Under the pieces are notes generated by a model, which did not search any database, was not told the DNA's origin, and saw only the letters and a program-made list of their open reading frames with translations. The translations under genes and the position numbers were made by a program. From contig CAVPXI010000014.1 in the NCBI GenBank assembly GCA_963709585.1, forward strand, positions 96,001 to 160,000: a stretch of 64,000 nucleotides of DNA. Direction: 5' to 3'. Origin of the DNA: Candidatus Dormiibacterota bacterium. GTDB taxonomy: Bacteria > Chloroflexota > Dormibacteria > Aeolococcales > Aeolococcaceae. Positions 9,536 to 18,669 of the stretch are shown piece after piece. Numbering within the stretch: position 1 is the stretch's first letter; each line of letters begins with the position of its first letter.

Positions 9536-10141
9536 TCAGCCCACCTGGAGCTCGCCGGCCATGTAGCCGAGGGTCTGCATCGGACCACCGTTGCCGTAGA
9601 GGGTTCCGGCCCCGCAGGGTACGAAGCACTGCCAGCGGAAGAGGCCCTTCTGGTCCGGCACGACGAAGCTGAACTCGACGACGTTCTGAGTCACTTTCCC
9701 GGACACCCCTTCAAGGGGAACGCTGACCCCGAGATCAGGAACCGTAAAGGTGTGAGCCGGGGTCGTCGGGTCGAGCGCCTGGATCACCTTGCCGTTGACG
9801 GTCATCTCGTTGTTGACCGTGCCTCGGACCAAAGAGAAGTACGGGTTGCGCAACCCGGACGGACTGTCCTGCTGGTCGATGGTGATGTGCACCACCGCCC
9901 CGGCCGGCACCTTGAGATACGTGGTCGGCAGGTAGGAGACCCACGCAGGATGTGGTCCGAAGCCGATCGTGCCGACGGTCGTCAGGGTGAAGTTGACGAC
10001 CGTCTTCCCCTGGATCGTCGCCGAGGTGGACGTCGCCGTGATCTGCTCGGGCGTCGGGTTGAGGAAGCGGGTCACGAAGAACCCGACTGCCACCGCCGCC
10101 ACGACCACACCGGCCACGAGGATCCAGAATCTCGATCGCAT
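9536..10141 (-). CDS. Membrane-anchored cupredoxin-fold protein, first gene of the oxidase operon
   Basis: N-terminal TM helix; VPAGAVVHITI, AHTFTV, GLFRWQCFVPCG...GGPMQTLGYMAGELQV, a cupredoxin-like C-terminal ligand loop. Confidence 0.75.
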   Translation of the reverse strand: MRSRFWILVAGVVVAAVAVGFFVTRFLNPTPEQITATSTSATIQGKTVVNFTLTTVGTIGFGPHPAWVSYLPTTYLKVPAGAVVHITIDQQDSPSGLRNPYFSLVRGTVNNEMTVNGKVIQALDPTTPAHTFTVPDLGVSVPLEGVSGKVTQNVVEFSFVVPDQKGLFRWQCFVPCGAGTLYGNGGPMQTLGYMAGELQVG

Positions 10142-10386
10142 GGTTGCCTTACCTCTCTGTGTGCACGACTGGGGCAGTGGCGGACACGACGACGTGAATC
10201 AGGAGGGGCACCGGTAGCGTCGCGTGGCAACGGCCACTATGCGGAGCTAGGTCGCTCCGCCAGGCCCGCGACGGCCGAGATGAGATGAATCCGGGCACCA
10301 GTTCTCCACTCAACAGGCTGCCGGCTCGTGCTGAAGGCGACATGATCGCGGTGTTAGAGGGGTTCCGTCAAGCCCCTCGTTTGGCG

Positions 10387-10400
10387 GTGACCTGCGTCAC
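10387..10400. promoter_or_regulatory. CRP/FNR-family-like operator upstream of the oxidase operon
   Basis: GTGA-CCTGCG-TCAC (GTGA-N6-TCAC), ~16 bp upstream of a minus-strand TTGACG -35-like hexamer at 10366-10371. Confidence 0.45.
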
Positions 10401-10509
10401 TCACGTTCGAGGGGCGACCCGGTGAGCGCGCGATCGTATTGCTCGGCAGTTGACCGATCTCGGATGCCGCCGGCGACCACACCAACCCAGGTGCGGAGGG
10501 CACCGTCGG

Positions 10510-11481
10510 TCAGGCGGCATCCTCGGCACTGCGGACGAGACTCAGAGACGCCGGTGCGTTGACGGGCTCGCCCGCCGACGCCGGTATGTTGTCGGGCTCA
10601 CCCGCAATCTCGCGCAGCGTCCGCCCGCTCATCTGCACCCTGACCCAGGCCGCAACCAGTGCGATCACGCTGAGCAGAAGGACGATCCCGATTGCAAGCG
10701 TGGGGACATTGAGGAGCTTGAGACCGGAGACGAGCAGCACGGCGCTGAGCGCACCTCGGATGAACAGCGTCGGGGCATAGGACGAGATGGTCGCTCCGAT
10801 GAGCACCCCAGGAAGACTGCCGATGAGGATCGACGCGGTCAGTCCGAGCTTGAAGTCCCCAAACAGGATGTGGGCGATGGCAGCTGCCCCCACCATGGGG
10901 ATCGCCTGAGCGAGGTCCGTACCCACCATCTGGGATCCGCGCAGGCGCGGATACAGGAAGAGCAGCAGGACGATGACCAGGGTGCCCGACCCGACCGAGG
11001 TGATCCCGACGATGAAGCCGATCGACGCCCCGATCGCCAGCGTCGGGACCCTCTTGACGCGCAGCGCGTCCTCGACCCCACCGGCCTGTCCACTCCTGCG
11101 GTCCAGGTACATCTTGAAACCGAGGGCGGCGACGGCCACGAGCAGGATCGCTCCGAGCGACACGCTGACGATGCTTTGAATTCGAGTCCCGTCGCCGACC
11201 CACTTGAGGAAGGAGACCCCGAGGAAAGCGGCGGGCACCGAGCCGATGGCAAGCCACGCGACCAGACCCCAGCGCACCGTCCCGCGCCCGGCGTGAACAG
11301 CGGCACCGACCGGCTTCATCACCAGGGACGCGACCAGGTCGCTCGCCACGGCCGCGACTGGCTGGACGTGGAACAGCAGGACGAGTACCGGGGTCATGAG
11401 CGCGCCGCCACCCATCCCGGTTAGCCCGACTGCGCATCCGACGATCAGTCCGGCTAGTGCGATGTAAAGGTCGATGTGCAC
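10510..11481 (-). CDS. Sulfite exporter TauE/SafE family membrane protein
   Basis: GLTGMGGGALMTP, AVASDL, GITSVGSG and VGTDLAQA motifs. Confidence 0.9.
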   Translation of the reverse strand: MHIDLYIALAGLIVGCAVGLTGMGGGALMTPVLVLLFHVQPVAAVASDLVASLVMKPVGAAVHAGRGTVRWGLVAWLAIGSVPAAFLGVSFLKWVGDGTRIQSIVSVSLGAILLVAVAALGFKMYLDRRSGQAGGVEDALRVKRVPTLAIGASIGFIVGITSVGSGTLVIVLLLFLYPRLRGSQMVGTDLAQAIPMVGAAAIAHILFGDFKLGLTASILIGSLPGVLIGATISSYAPTLFIRGALSAVLLVSGLKLLNVPTLAIGIVLLLSVIALVAAWVRVQMSGRTLREIAGEPDNIPASAGEPVNAPASLSLVRSAEDAA

Positions 11482-11565
11482 CGCGTGATCCCCTTCTCAG
11501 CCCCTCGCGTCCCGTTTGACGCCGATACCCAACCTTGCCGTATCTGTGGACCTGGCGTCAACGAG

Positions 11566-11580
11566 TTTGATGGGATCAAA
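11566..11580. promoter_or_regulatory. Perfect inverted repeat, possible operator upstream of the TauE gene
   Basis: TTTGAT-GGG-ATCAAA in an AT-rich patch next to a minus-strand TTGACG at 11556-11561. Confidence 0.3.
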
Positions 11581-11984
11581 TCCATCTCATAATGCGAACG
11601 CTGCGGCATCCAGTGTCCGGTGGATCCGCGCCTCGAGCGACGATGGCGCGGGACCTGCCGCCCACGCGCGCTGGGCGGGCGGCGAGGTCTCGCTAACCGG
11701 TCGGTCAGAACCCCCTTCCGCTCAGGCCCTCGGACCTGGGCTTCACCCGTTCTCCTGGCTCTTTCCCCCGGTGCACAAACATTACTCCAAATGCGTCGAA
11801 AGCGTTAGACGCTCTCACCCGAGGCTGGGTCCCGGGCATCCTCCACGGGGCCGGCCCCGTGCGTGCTCTCCGGCGACCGTTATCGGTCGTTAACCAACGC
11901 GATACCCGACCATAACGCGACGTTTCCTACGCTCACGGCGGGTCTGGATCTCCAAATCCAGCGGACTAAGGAGGAAACGCGGGG

Positions 11985-13118
11985 ATGAACATCGAACTGC
12001 ATCGTCGTGCGCGCTTGCGTGCTCTCGCACACGCGAACGATGGGATACGCAACGCCCCACGACAGGCTGTGTCGTTGGGCGCGACGGCAGTGCTCTTCGC
12101 CGGGGCACTCGCCGCGTGCGGTGGCACCCCGGCTGTCGCGGGTGGAGCGACCGCGACCGCGATCGTGCCCCTGGTCGTCTACTCGGCGCAGGGGTACGAC
12201 AGCGTCATGACCAAGGCATTCCAGAAGGCCACCGGCATCCCCGTCAAGCTCGACGACGACAGCACTGGCCCACTGCTCGCCAAGGTGGCCGCCGAAAGCA
12301 ACAATCCCCAGTGGGGACTGCTCTGGGTCGACGGCGACACGGCGTTTGCCTCGCTCGACAAGCAGGGACAGCTGCTCGACTATGCTCCGCCGGTCACGCT
12401 GACCTCGGTCGCACAATCCCTGGTGCCCGCCGACCACTCGTACATTCCGGCCAGCACGACGGTGATGGCCGCGGTGATCTACAACGCCGCCAAGGTCTCG
12501 GCGGTGCCGGCGACATACCAGGATCTTCTCCAATCGCAGTACAAGGGTCGAGTTGGCATGAACGATCCGTCCCAGTCGGGGCCGACGTTCCCGTTCATCG
12601 CCGGCCTCATGGACCAGTTCGGGGGCACCGCTAACGGGGTGGCGGCCGGGGAGTCGTACCTCACCAAGCTGAAGGCGAACGGCCTGCAGGTCTTCCCGAC
12701 CAACGGCGACACACTCCACGCGCTCGAGACCGGGGTGATCGATTACGGGATGATCCAGAGCTCCGCCGCGACGGGCGAGGTGATCAAGGCCACGAAGAGC
12801 GCGACGTTCGACCCGAAGGTCGTGTACCTTCCAAATTCAACGCTGTTGCCGGCGGTGATCGGCATTGACAAGAAGGCTCCGGCAGCCGAGCGATCCGAGG
12901 CTCAGCGGTTCGTGCAGTTCGTGCTGTCTGCCGCGGGCCAGGCGATCATGCAGACGGGTGATCCGTCGGGAGACTCGCTGTTCTGGCCGATCGTGCCCGG
13001 GGTGACCACGCTCCCCGCACTCCCGCCATTCCCTGCCAATTACCAGAAGCTCGATCCCTATTTCTGGGGCCCGTTGGAGGGCCAGGTGAACTCCTGGTTC
13101 GACCTGAACATCAAGTAG
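11985..13118 (+). CDS. ABC transporter substrate-binding lipoprotein (FbpA/AfuA/PhnS-like: Fe3+, phosphonate or thiamine class)
   Basis: RBS AAGGAGG; lipobox LAAC; LVVYSA, FQKATGIPV, STGPLLAKV, MNDPSQSG, AQRFVQFVLSAAGQ. Confidence 0.85.
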   Translation: MNIELHRRARLRALAHANDGIRNAPRQAVSLGATAVLFAGALAACGGTPAVAGGATATAIVPLVVYSAQGYDSVMTKAFQKATGIPVKLDDDSTGPLLAKVAAESNNPQWGLLWVDGDTAFASLDKQGQLLDYAPPVTLTSVAQSLVPADHSYIPASTTVMAAVIYNAAKVSAVPATYQDLLQSQYKGRVGMNDPSQSGPTFPFIAGLMDQFGGTANGVAAGESYLTKLKANGLQVFPTNGDTLHALETGVIDYGMIQSSAATGEVIKATKSATFDPKVVYLPNSTLLPAVIGIDKKAPAAERSEAQRFVQFVLSAAGQAIMQTGDPSGDSLFWPIVPGVTTLPALPPFPANYQKLDPYFWGPLEGQVNSWFDLNIK

Positions 13119-13127
13119 GAACCGACA

Positions 13128-14900
13128 TTGGCCGGTACCCTCACCAGCTCTCCGCCGATCGTGGCGGAGAGCCGCGGGGACAGGAGGCGGTTGGCGCTGT
13201 CTCGGTTCAGCGGCGCTCCATTGCTCGTCTTCTGGCTGCTCGTCGCGGCAATTCTCGCAGTGCCGGTCCTCCTCTTTCTCGCGGTCGCATTCTCACCCCG
13301 GCTGTTCGATCAGGGGCCTGAGTGGTTCACGCTATCCGGCTTCGGGCAAGCGTTCTCGGGCCCGCTCCTCCAGGGCGTCGCCGACTCCGTCTTCGTCGGC
13401 GTGTGCAGCGCGATCGCCGCAGCGGCGATCGGTTTCGTCGTGGCCTGGCTTGTGGTTCGAACCGACCTCCCCGGACGGCGGCTGTGGACCGGGGTCATGT
13501 TTGCGCTCCTGCTGGCGCCGTCTTACCTGGTCGCACTCGGGTGGGAACGCCTGCTCGAGCCGATGGGCGTGCTCGACGTCGCGGGGGTGCACCCCGGCGG
13601 ATTCCGAACCCTCTTCTACGGTCCCTTCGGGGTGATCGTGGTCCTGACCGCGAAGGGATTGCCCTTTGCTTTCCTCGCCATCTCCGCGGCGCTGCGCGGG
13701 CTCGGCGAAGAGTTCGAGGCGGCAGTGCGCGTGCACGGCGGCGGTCCGCTCGCCGCACTCCGGGTGGTCGTGGCGCTGATCTCGCCCGCGGTGTGGTCGG
13801 CACTCGCCATCGTCTTCGCCGAATCCGTGAGCGATTTCGGCGTGGCCGACACACTCGCCAATGACGCTCACTTTCCCGTTGCCACGTACTCGCTCTACAA
13901 CGCGGTGCAGGCGTTTCCCATCCAGTTCTCAGTGGCGGCCGCCGTCGGTTGGGTGTTGCTGGGACTGGTCGCGCTTGCGCTTCTCGCGCAGGGCTGGGCT
14001 CTCCGAAGCCGGAGTTATCGAGTGTTCGGGGGCAGAAGCCGGCCGGCCCGTCGACTCCATCTCTCCGGGTTCGCGAAACTCGGGGCGCTCACCGGCATGC
14101 TGGCGGTCCTCGTGATCGGCATCGGCGTCCCCGCATTCGGAGCGGTGTCGGCATCACTCATCAACGGACTCGGCTCGCTCATCACCAGTCACGGGTTGAC
14201 ACTGGCCAACTACAGTCGGGTGCTCAGCAGCCCGGATCTGCGCGATCCGCTCATCTACTCAGGGCAGCTCGCCCTCATCACCGCGACAGTGACCATTGTC
14301 CTGGCCGTGGTGGCGGCGCGCGTGATGTCGCGCCGCGGGACTCACGTGAGCGCGCGATTGCTCGACATGACGCTGCTCACCGCCGTCGCGCTGCCCGGCA
14401 TCGTGTTCGCGGCAGGCTACATCTTCACCTTCAACCTGCCCGTGCTCACCCAGTTCGGCATTCAGCTCTACGAAACCACTGGACTGCTGGTCGTCGGCTA
14501 CATCGCCACCGCGCTGCCGGCGACATCCAGAAGTCCTGCTGGGCAGCGTCAGCCAGATCCAGGAATCGCTCGCCGAAGCAGGGCGCGTGCACGGGAGCGG
14601 TGTGCTCGGCGCGTGGATACGCACGGTGCTCCCGGTGCTTGCGCGGCCGTTGCTCGCCGCGTGGTTGCTCGTCTTCGGTGCGACGCTCCTCGAGCTTCCG
14701 ATGTCGCAGCTGCTCTATCCCCCAGGCCAGCCACCCGTGTCCGTGGCGATCACCAAGGCGCTCGCCAACTACGACTTCGCCGGCGGCACCGCAATGGAGG
14801 TGGTCGCCGTGCTCGGCGCACTGGTCATCGTCGCACTGGTCTGGACTTCTTCCGACTGCTCGCGCCGGCGGGGTGGCGGCGCATCGGATCGACGACATGA
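13128..14900 (+). CDS. FbpB-like double-domain ABC permease with two compensating frameshifts (~14531 and ~14846)
   Basis: RTDLPGRR and EFEAAVRVHG motifs. The second EAA region (SLAEAGRVHG...LLELP) is shifted into ORF 14587..15090 and the frame is regained before the stop. Confidence 0.85.
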   Translation: MAGTLTSSPPIVAESRGDRRRLALSRFSGAPLLVFWLLVAAILAVPVLLFLAVAFSPRLFDQGPEWFTLSGFGQAFSGPLLQGVADSVFVGVCSAIAAAAIGFVVAWLVVRTDLPGRRLWTGVMFALLLAPSYLVALGWERLLEPMGVLDVAGVHPGGFRTLFYGPFGVIVVLTAKGLPFAFLAISAALRGLGEEFEAAVRVHGGGPLAALRVVVALISPAVWSALAIVFAESVSDFGVADTLANDAHFPVATYSLYNAVQAFPIQFSVAAAVGWVLLGLVALALLAQGWALRSRSYRVFGGRSRPARRLHLSGFAKLGALTGMLAVLVIGIGVPAFGAVSASLINGLGSLITSHGLTLANYSRVLSSPDLRDPLIYSGQLALITATVTIVLAVVAARVMSRRGTHVSARLLDMTLLTAVALPGIVFAAGYIFTFNLPVLTQFGIQLYETTGLLVVGYIATALPATSRSPAGQRQPDPGIARRSRARARERCARRVDTHGAPGACAAVARRVVARLRCDAPRASDVAAALSPRPATRVRGDHQGARQLRLRRRHRNGGGRRARRTGHRRTGLDFFRLLAPAGWRRIGSTT

Positions 14901-16027
14901 CGCAAGCGTCCCTCCCGGAGATCTCTCCGGCGGGTCATCACGTCGAAATCAGCGGTGCAGTCAAGCACTACGGCCGGGCACGCGGGCTCGTCGGTGTCGA
15001 CCTCGTCATTCGACCGGGTCGCTTCCTCGTGCTGCTCGGACCGTCCGGCTCCGGCAAGACAACCCTCGCGCGCTGCCTGGCGGGAGTTGAGCGCCTTGAC
15101 GGCGGCGTCATCCGTCTCAGCGACCGGGTGGTGAGCGACGGGCGGCGGCATCTCCCGCCGGAACGCCGGAATCTGGCCATGGTGTTCCAGGACTATGCGT
15201 TGTGGCCACACCTGACCGTGCACGGCAACGTCAGCTATGCGCTCCGCCGACGTCACCTCGCACATGCCGAATCCCGCCGGCGAGTGCTGGACGCGCTGGA
15301 TCAGGTCGGCCTCGCCCCCTTCGCCGATCGATACCCTCACCAGCTCTCGGGCGGAGAGCAGCAGCGCGTGGCACTCGCGCGCGCAGTGGTGGCCCGTCCC
15401 GGGCTGCTGCTCTTTGACGAGCCGCTGTCCAACCTGGACGCGGATCTCCGAGAACGGCTCCGCGTGCAGATCGCGACCATCGCACGGGACAGCGGGGCCA
15501 CGGTCGTGTACATCACCCACGACCAATCGGAGGCCTTCGCGCTCGCCGACGAGGTGGCGGTGCTCGACGGCGGTCAACTCGTGCAGCTGGGCCCACCGGA
15601 GCAGATCTATCGCCAGCCCGTGAACCTCTTCGTCGCTCGCTTCACCGGATCGGCGGGAGAGTTTCCCGGTCGGGTGATCCGGGTCAGCGACGGCCATGTC
15701 GATGTCGCGGTCGGTGACGCGGCCACGCTGCGCGCTCGCCAGGGTGGAGACGTGACCGCCGGCGCCGAGGTCCGGGTCCTGGTCCGCCCCGCGGCCACCC
15801 GCGTGGTCGTCGAGACGACCGGCTCAGGCGCATCACTCACCGGCACGGTGGTGGACGTCGCTTACCGGGGCAGAGGGTACGATCACTTGGTCGCCTGCGC
15901 CGGGGGAACACTCTCTTCGGTCTTCGATCCGAACCGGTGGCCGCGCGGCGCCGAGCTCACGATCCAAATCGACCCGGACGGGTGCGTCGCCTATCCGGAC
16001 AAGGCGAGCGGATCGAACCTGAACTGA
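14897..16027 (+). CDS. ABC transporter ATP-binding protein (FbpC/PotA-like, TOBE domain)
   Basis: GPSGSGKT, VFQDYALWPH, LSGGEQQR, DEPLSNLD, THDQSEA. ATGA overlap with the permease stop. Confidence 0.93.
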   Translation: MTQASLPEISPAGHHVEISGAVKHYGRARGLVGVDLVIRPGRFLVLLGPSGSGKTTLARCLAGVERLDGGVIRLSDRVVSDGRRHLPPERRNLAMVFQDYALWPHLTVHGNVSYALRRRHLAHAESRRRVLDALDQVGLAPFADRYPHQLSGGEQQRVALARAVVARPGLLLFDEPLSNLDADLRERLRVQIATIARDSGATVVYITHDQSEAFALADEVAVLDGGQLVQLGPPEQIYRQPVNLFVARFTGSAGEFPGRVIRVSDGHVDVAVGDAATLRARQGGDVTAGAEVRVLVRPAATRVVVETTGSGASLTGTVVDVAYRGRGYDHLVACAGGTLSSVFDPNRWPRGAELTIQIDPDGCVAYPDKASGSNLN

Positions 16028-16052
16028 TGGCAGCTGGAGGTATCAATCGCCG

Positions 16053-17099
16053 ATGAGCATTCTCGTGATTCTTGCGACGTTCCTGGCCGCGGGTGTCGAA
16101 TGGGTGGAGGCGCTCACCATCGTCCTCGCGGTGGGCCTGGTCAGAGGCTGGAGAAGCGCGTTCACCGGCACCATCGCGGCGGTGGTTGCGCTGGTCGCAC
16201 TCGTGGCCGCGTTCGGGCTGGCCATAACGTCGCACATCTCCATCGACGCGGCTCGAACCATGGTCGGTGTTTTCCTCCTGCTGTTCGGCCTCAAATGGCT
16301 GCACAAGGCAGTGCTTCGGTCGAGCGGCCTCAAGTCGCTGCACGACGAGGCCAAGATCTTCGCGGAGACGGAGGTGATGCTGCGTGCCTCGAGCGGACGC
16401 AAGGTCGCTCTCGATCGTGTCGGCGTGAGCACGTCATTCAGCGGGGTCTTTCTCGAGGGGCTCGAGGTGGTGTTCATCGTCGTCGCCCTGGGAGGACTTC
16501 AGGACGTGTCGTCGGCGGTCGTGGGCGCCGTCGCATCGCTGGTGGTGGTCGCGGGCGCCGGGTTCGCGCTCCGGCATCCATTGACCCAGGTGCCGGAAAA
16601 CGCCATGAAGTACGTGGTCGGCATCATGCTCACGTCGTTCGGGACCTTCTTCGCTGGCGAGGGCATCGGGGTGCAGTGGTGGGGCAGCGACCTGAGCCTG
16701 CTCCCGCTCATAGCCGGTTACGCGGCAGTGTCGCTGCTCTTCGTATGGCTGCTGCGGCGACCGGCTGGCGTCAGCGGCCGCCTCGACACCGGAGTGGTTC
16801 ACGCTCTCGGTGCCGCGGTCCGCGAGGTGTGGGGGCTGTTCGTCGAGGACGGAGCGGTCGCGATCGTGGCCATCGTGGTGCTGCTCGGCGCGACGGTCTT
16901 CACGCAGCACTTCCCCGCACAGCGTGCCCTGGCAGGCCTTCTCCTCGCGGTCGGGATCGCAGGCGCTGCCGGGGCGGGGCTGTCAGAGGCTCGCAAGCAC
17001 AGTCGCGCGGTCAAACGCGTGGACGCTGCGGCAGCGCAGAACCCTGCGCCCGCACGCGTGCGTCCCGAGCGGATCGCCGACGAGGCGCCGGCCGGGTAG
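16053..17099 (+). CDS. COG4280-like membrane protein (FTR1-related permease fold)
   Basis: FLAAGVEWVEALTIVLAVG, FGLKWLHKA, VFLEGLEVVFIV and VPENAMKYVVG: twin ExxE motifs in TM helices. Confidence 0.75.
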   Translation: MSILVILATFLAAGVEWVEALTIVLAVGLVRGWRSAFTGTIAAVVALVALVAAFGLAITSHISIDAARTMVGVFLLLFGLKWLHKAVLRSSGLKSLHDEAKIFAETEVMLRASSGRKVALDRVGVSTSFSGVFLEGLEVVFIVVALGGLQDVSSAVVGAVASLVVVAGAGFALRHPLTQVPENAMKYVVGIMLTSFGTFFAGEGIGVQWWGSDLSLLPLIAGYAAVSLLFVWLLRRPAGVSGRLDTGVVHALGAAVREVWGLFVEDGAVAIVAIVVLLGATVFTQHFPAQRALAGLLLAVGIAGAAGAGLSEARKHSRAVKRVDAAAAQNPAPARVRPERIADEAPAG

Positions 17100-17101
17100 C
17101 G

Positions 17102-18499
17102 TCAGTTGCGGCCGAGGTCGAACGGACGCAGGAATCGCGTGGGCTGAAAGGCGATGTACGCGGCGGGCGCGATGTTGTAGGTCGGCCCGAGCGCGGTTGC
17201 CGCGGCCTCGAGGTTCGCAGCGCTCGTGCTGTCGCCCCAGGCGCCGGTGTTCACTCGGTGGATCAAAGCCTGGAATGCCGCGATCGTCTCCGCCGGAGTG
17301 AACGTGCAATGGCCGGCGCGATGCACGTATCCCTCGCGCAGCATCGCGCCGTCGGCCGCGTCCTGCGCGACGTTGCGATACGCCTGCTCATCCTGGTTGA
17401 CCACAAGACCGTCGCCGGTGGTGTGCAGGGTGAGCACCGGGAGGTCGAGATCGCCGTTGTAGACGATGTACCTGGTGAGGTACTTGACCGCCCCCGGATC
17501 GGCGGCGATCGGCGCTGAGGCCTGGATCGTCGCCAGGTCAGCGCTCAGGCTCAGACCTGCCGAGGTGTAGAGCGCCTGGACCTCGGCAAGATCAGAGGAC
17601 AGTGCGAGCTGCGCGGTGAAGTTGACACCGGTGGTCCATGAGACGTTGCCGCCTGCTCGCGCCTCGAGCTCTGCCCTGAGCGCGAATGCAAATGGTCCGT
17701 CGACCTGGGTCTGCCACAGGAACTGATTCGCCTCCTGGGAGGCGTAGTCGGTCGACGCCGGCTCGGGACTCGCCGGATTGAACCAACCGGGGACATCGGC
17801 GAGCGCGCTCGCCAGCGCGATACGAGCTCTGCCCTGCGCGGTCCCCTGGGCGGTCGTCAGCAAGGTCTCGGCGATCCCGAGGTTGGTGCTGGGGCTGGTG
17901 ATGTTGACCACCTGGAGACCCGAGGTGGGTCCGAGGAGCTGTTGTACGGCGACCGCCGAGTCGAGGCCCTGGTTCCACGTGCCCACGCCCCCGGCGAGGA
18001 CGCCGCACATCGGCAGCGCCGCGGTGAACCGCTGCGGAGCGACCTGGACGAGCGCGGCGGTGATCATCCCGCCGAGTGAGTGCCCCCAGGCGATCGTCCG
18101 AGCCGGCACGCCGACGCGCCGGTCGAAGGTGTTCAGCGTCGCGAGCTGGTCGGGTATCGCCTGCTGGAGCGCCCAGCCGGTCGTGGCATACGAGGATCCG
18201 GCGAGGGCGTAGCCGTTGCTGAGGAGCCACCCGCCGGTCAGGGGATCGCCGACGTCGGTCGCGGGGTTCGGGCTCCCCGGAGTCACGTAACCGTGGCTGT
18301 AGAGGACGAGGGTGCCGTTCCAGCTTGCCGGGACCTGGATCAAGTAGGTCGCGCCGTCGTGGAGGGTGCCGGTGATCGTGGTGGGTCCGCCGGCGAACGC
18401 GGAAGAGGGCCCCGCGCCGATCGCAGCTGTCCCGATGCCGAGGGCCACAGCACTCACGACTGCGATGCGACGGCGGCTTGTCATTTGACTGCGACGCAT
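17102..18499 (-). CDS. Secreted alpha/beta hydrolase
   Basis: Signal peptide; WNGTLVLYSHG, GYALAGSSY, nucleophile elbow GHSLGG, HTTGDGLV, AGHCTF. Confidence 0.85.
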   Translation of the reverse strand: MRRSQMTSRRRIAVVSAVALGIGTAAIGAGPSSAFAGGPTTITGTLHDGATYLIQVPASWNGTLVLYSHGYVTPGSPNPATDVGDPLTGGWLLSNGYALAGSSYATTGWALQQAIPDQLATLNTFDRRVGVPARTIAWGHSLGGMITAALVQVAPQRFTAALPMCGVLAGGVGTWNQGLDSAVAVQQLLGPTSGLQVVNITSPSTNLGIAETLLTTAQGTAQGRARIALASALADVPGWFNPASPEPASTDYASQEANQFLWQTQVDGPFAFALRAELEARAGGNVSWTTGVNFTAQLALSSDLAEVQALYTSAGLSLSADLATIQASAPIAADPGAVKYLTRYIVYNGDLDLPVLTLHTTGDGLVVNQDEQAYRNVAQDAADGAMLREGYVHRAGHCTFTPAETIAAFQALIHRVNTGAWGDSTSAANLEAAATALGPTYNIAPAAYIAFQPTRFLRPFDLGRN

Positions 18500-18669
18500 G
18501 TTTCACCCCCCGCTGTGGATCCCGAAGGCTGTCAGGGCGCCTGACGCTACTCCGCGCGCACAGCGTCGGTCAAGGTGCTCGACACATCGCATGACTTCGC
18601 CACCCTTCGCAGCGAGAACCGTAACCGCTCGTTCGGCACCGACCATGCGAGGAGCGCAGCGTCAAGAGC

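Noticed and set aside
11600-11880. Riboswitch ahead of the ABC transporter (TPP, cobalamin)
   Set aside because: Only short GC-rich hairpins; no recognisable aptamer consensus.
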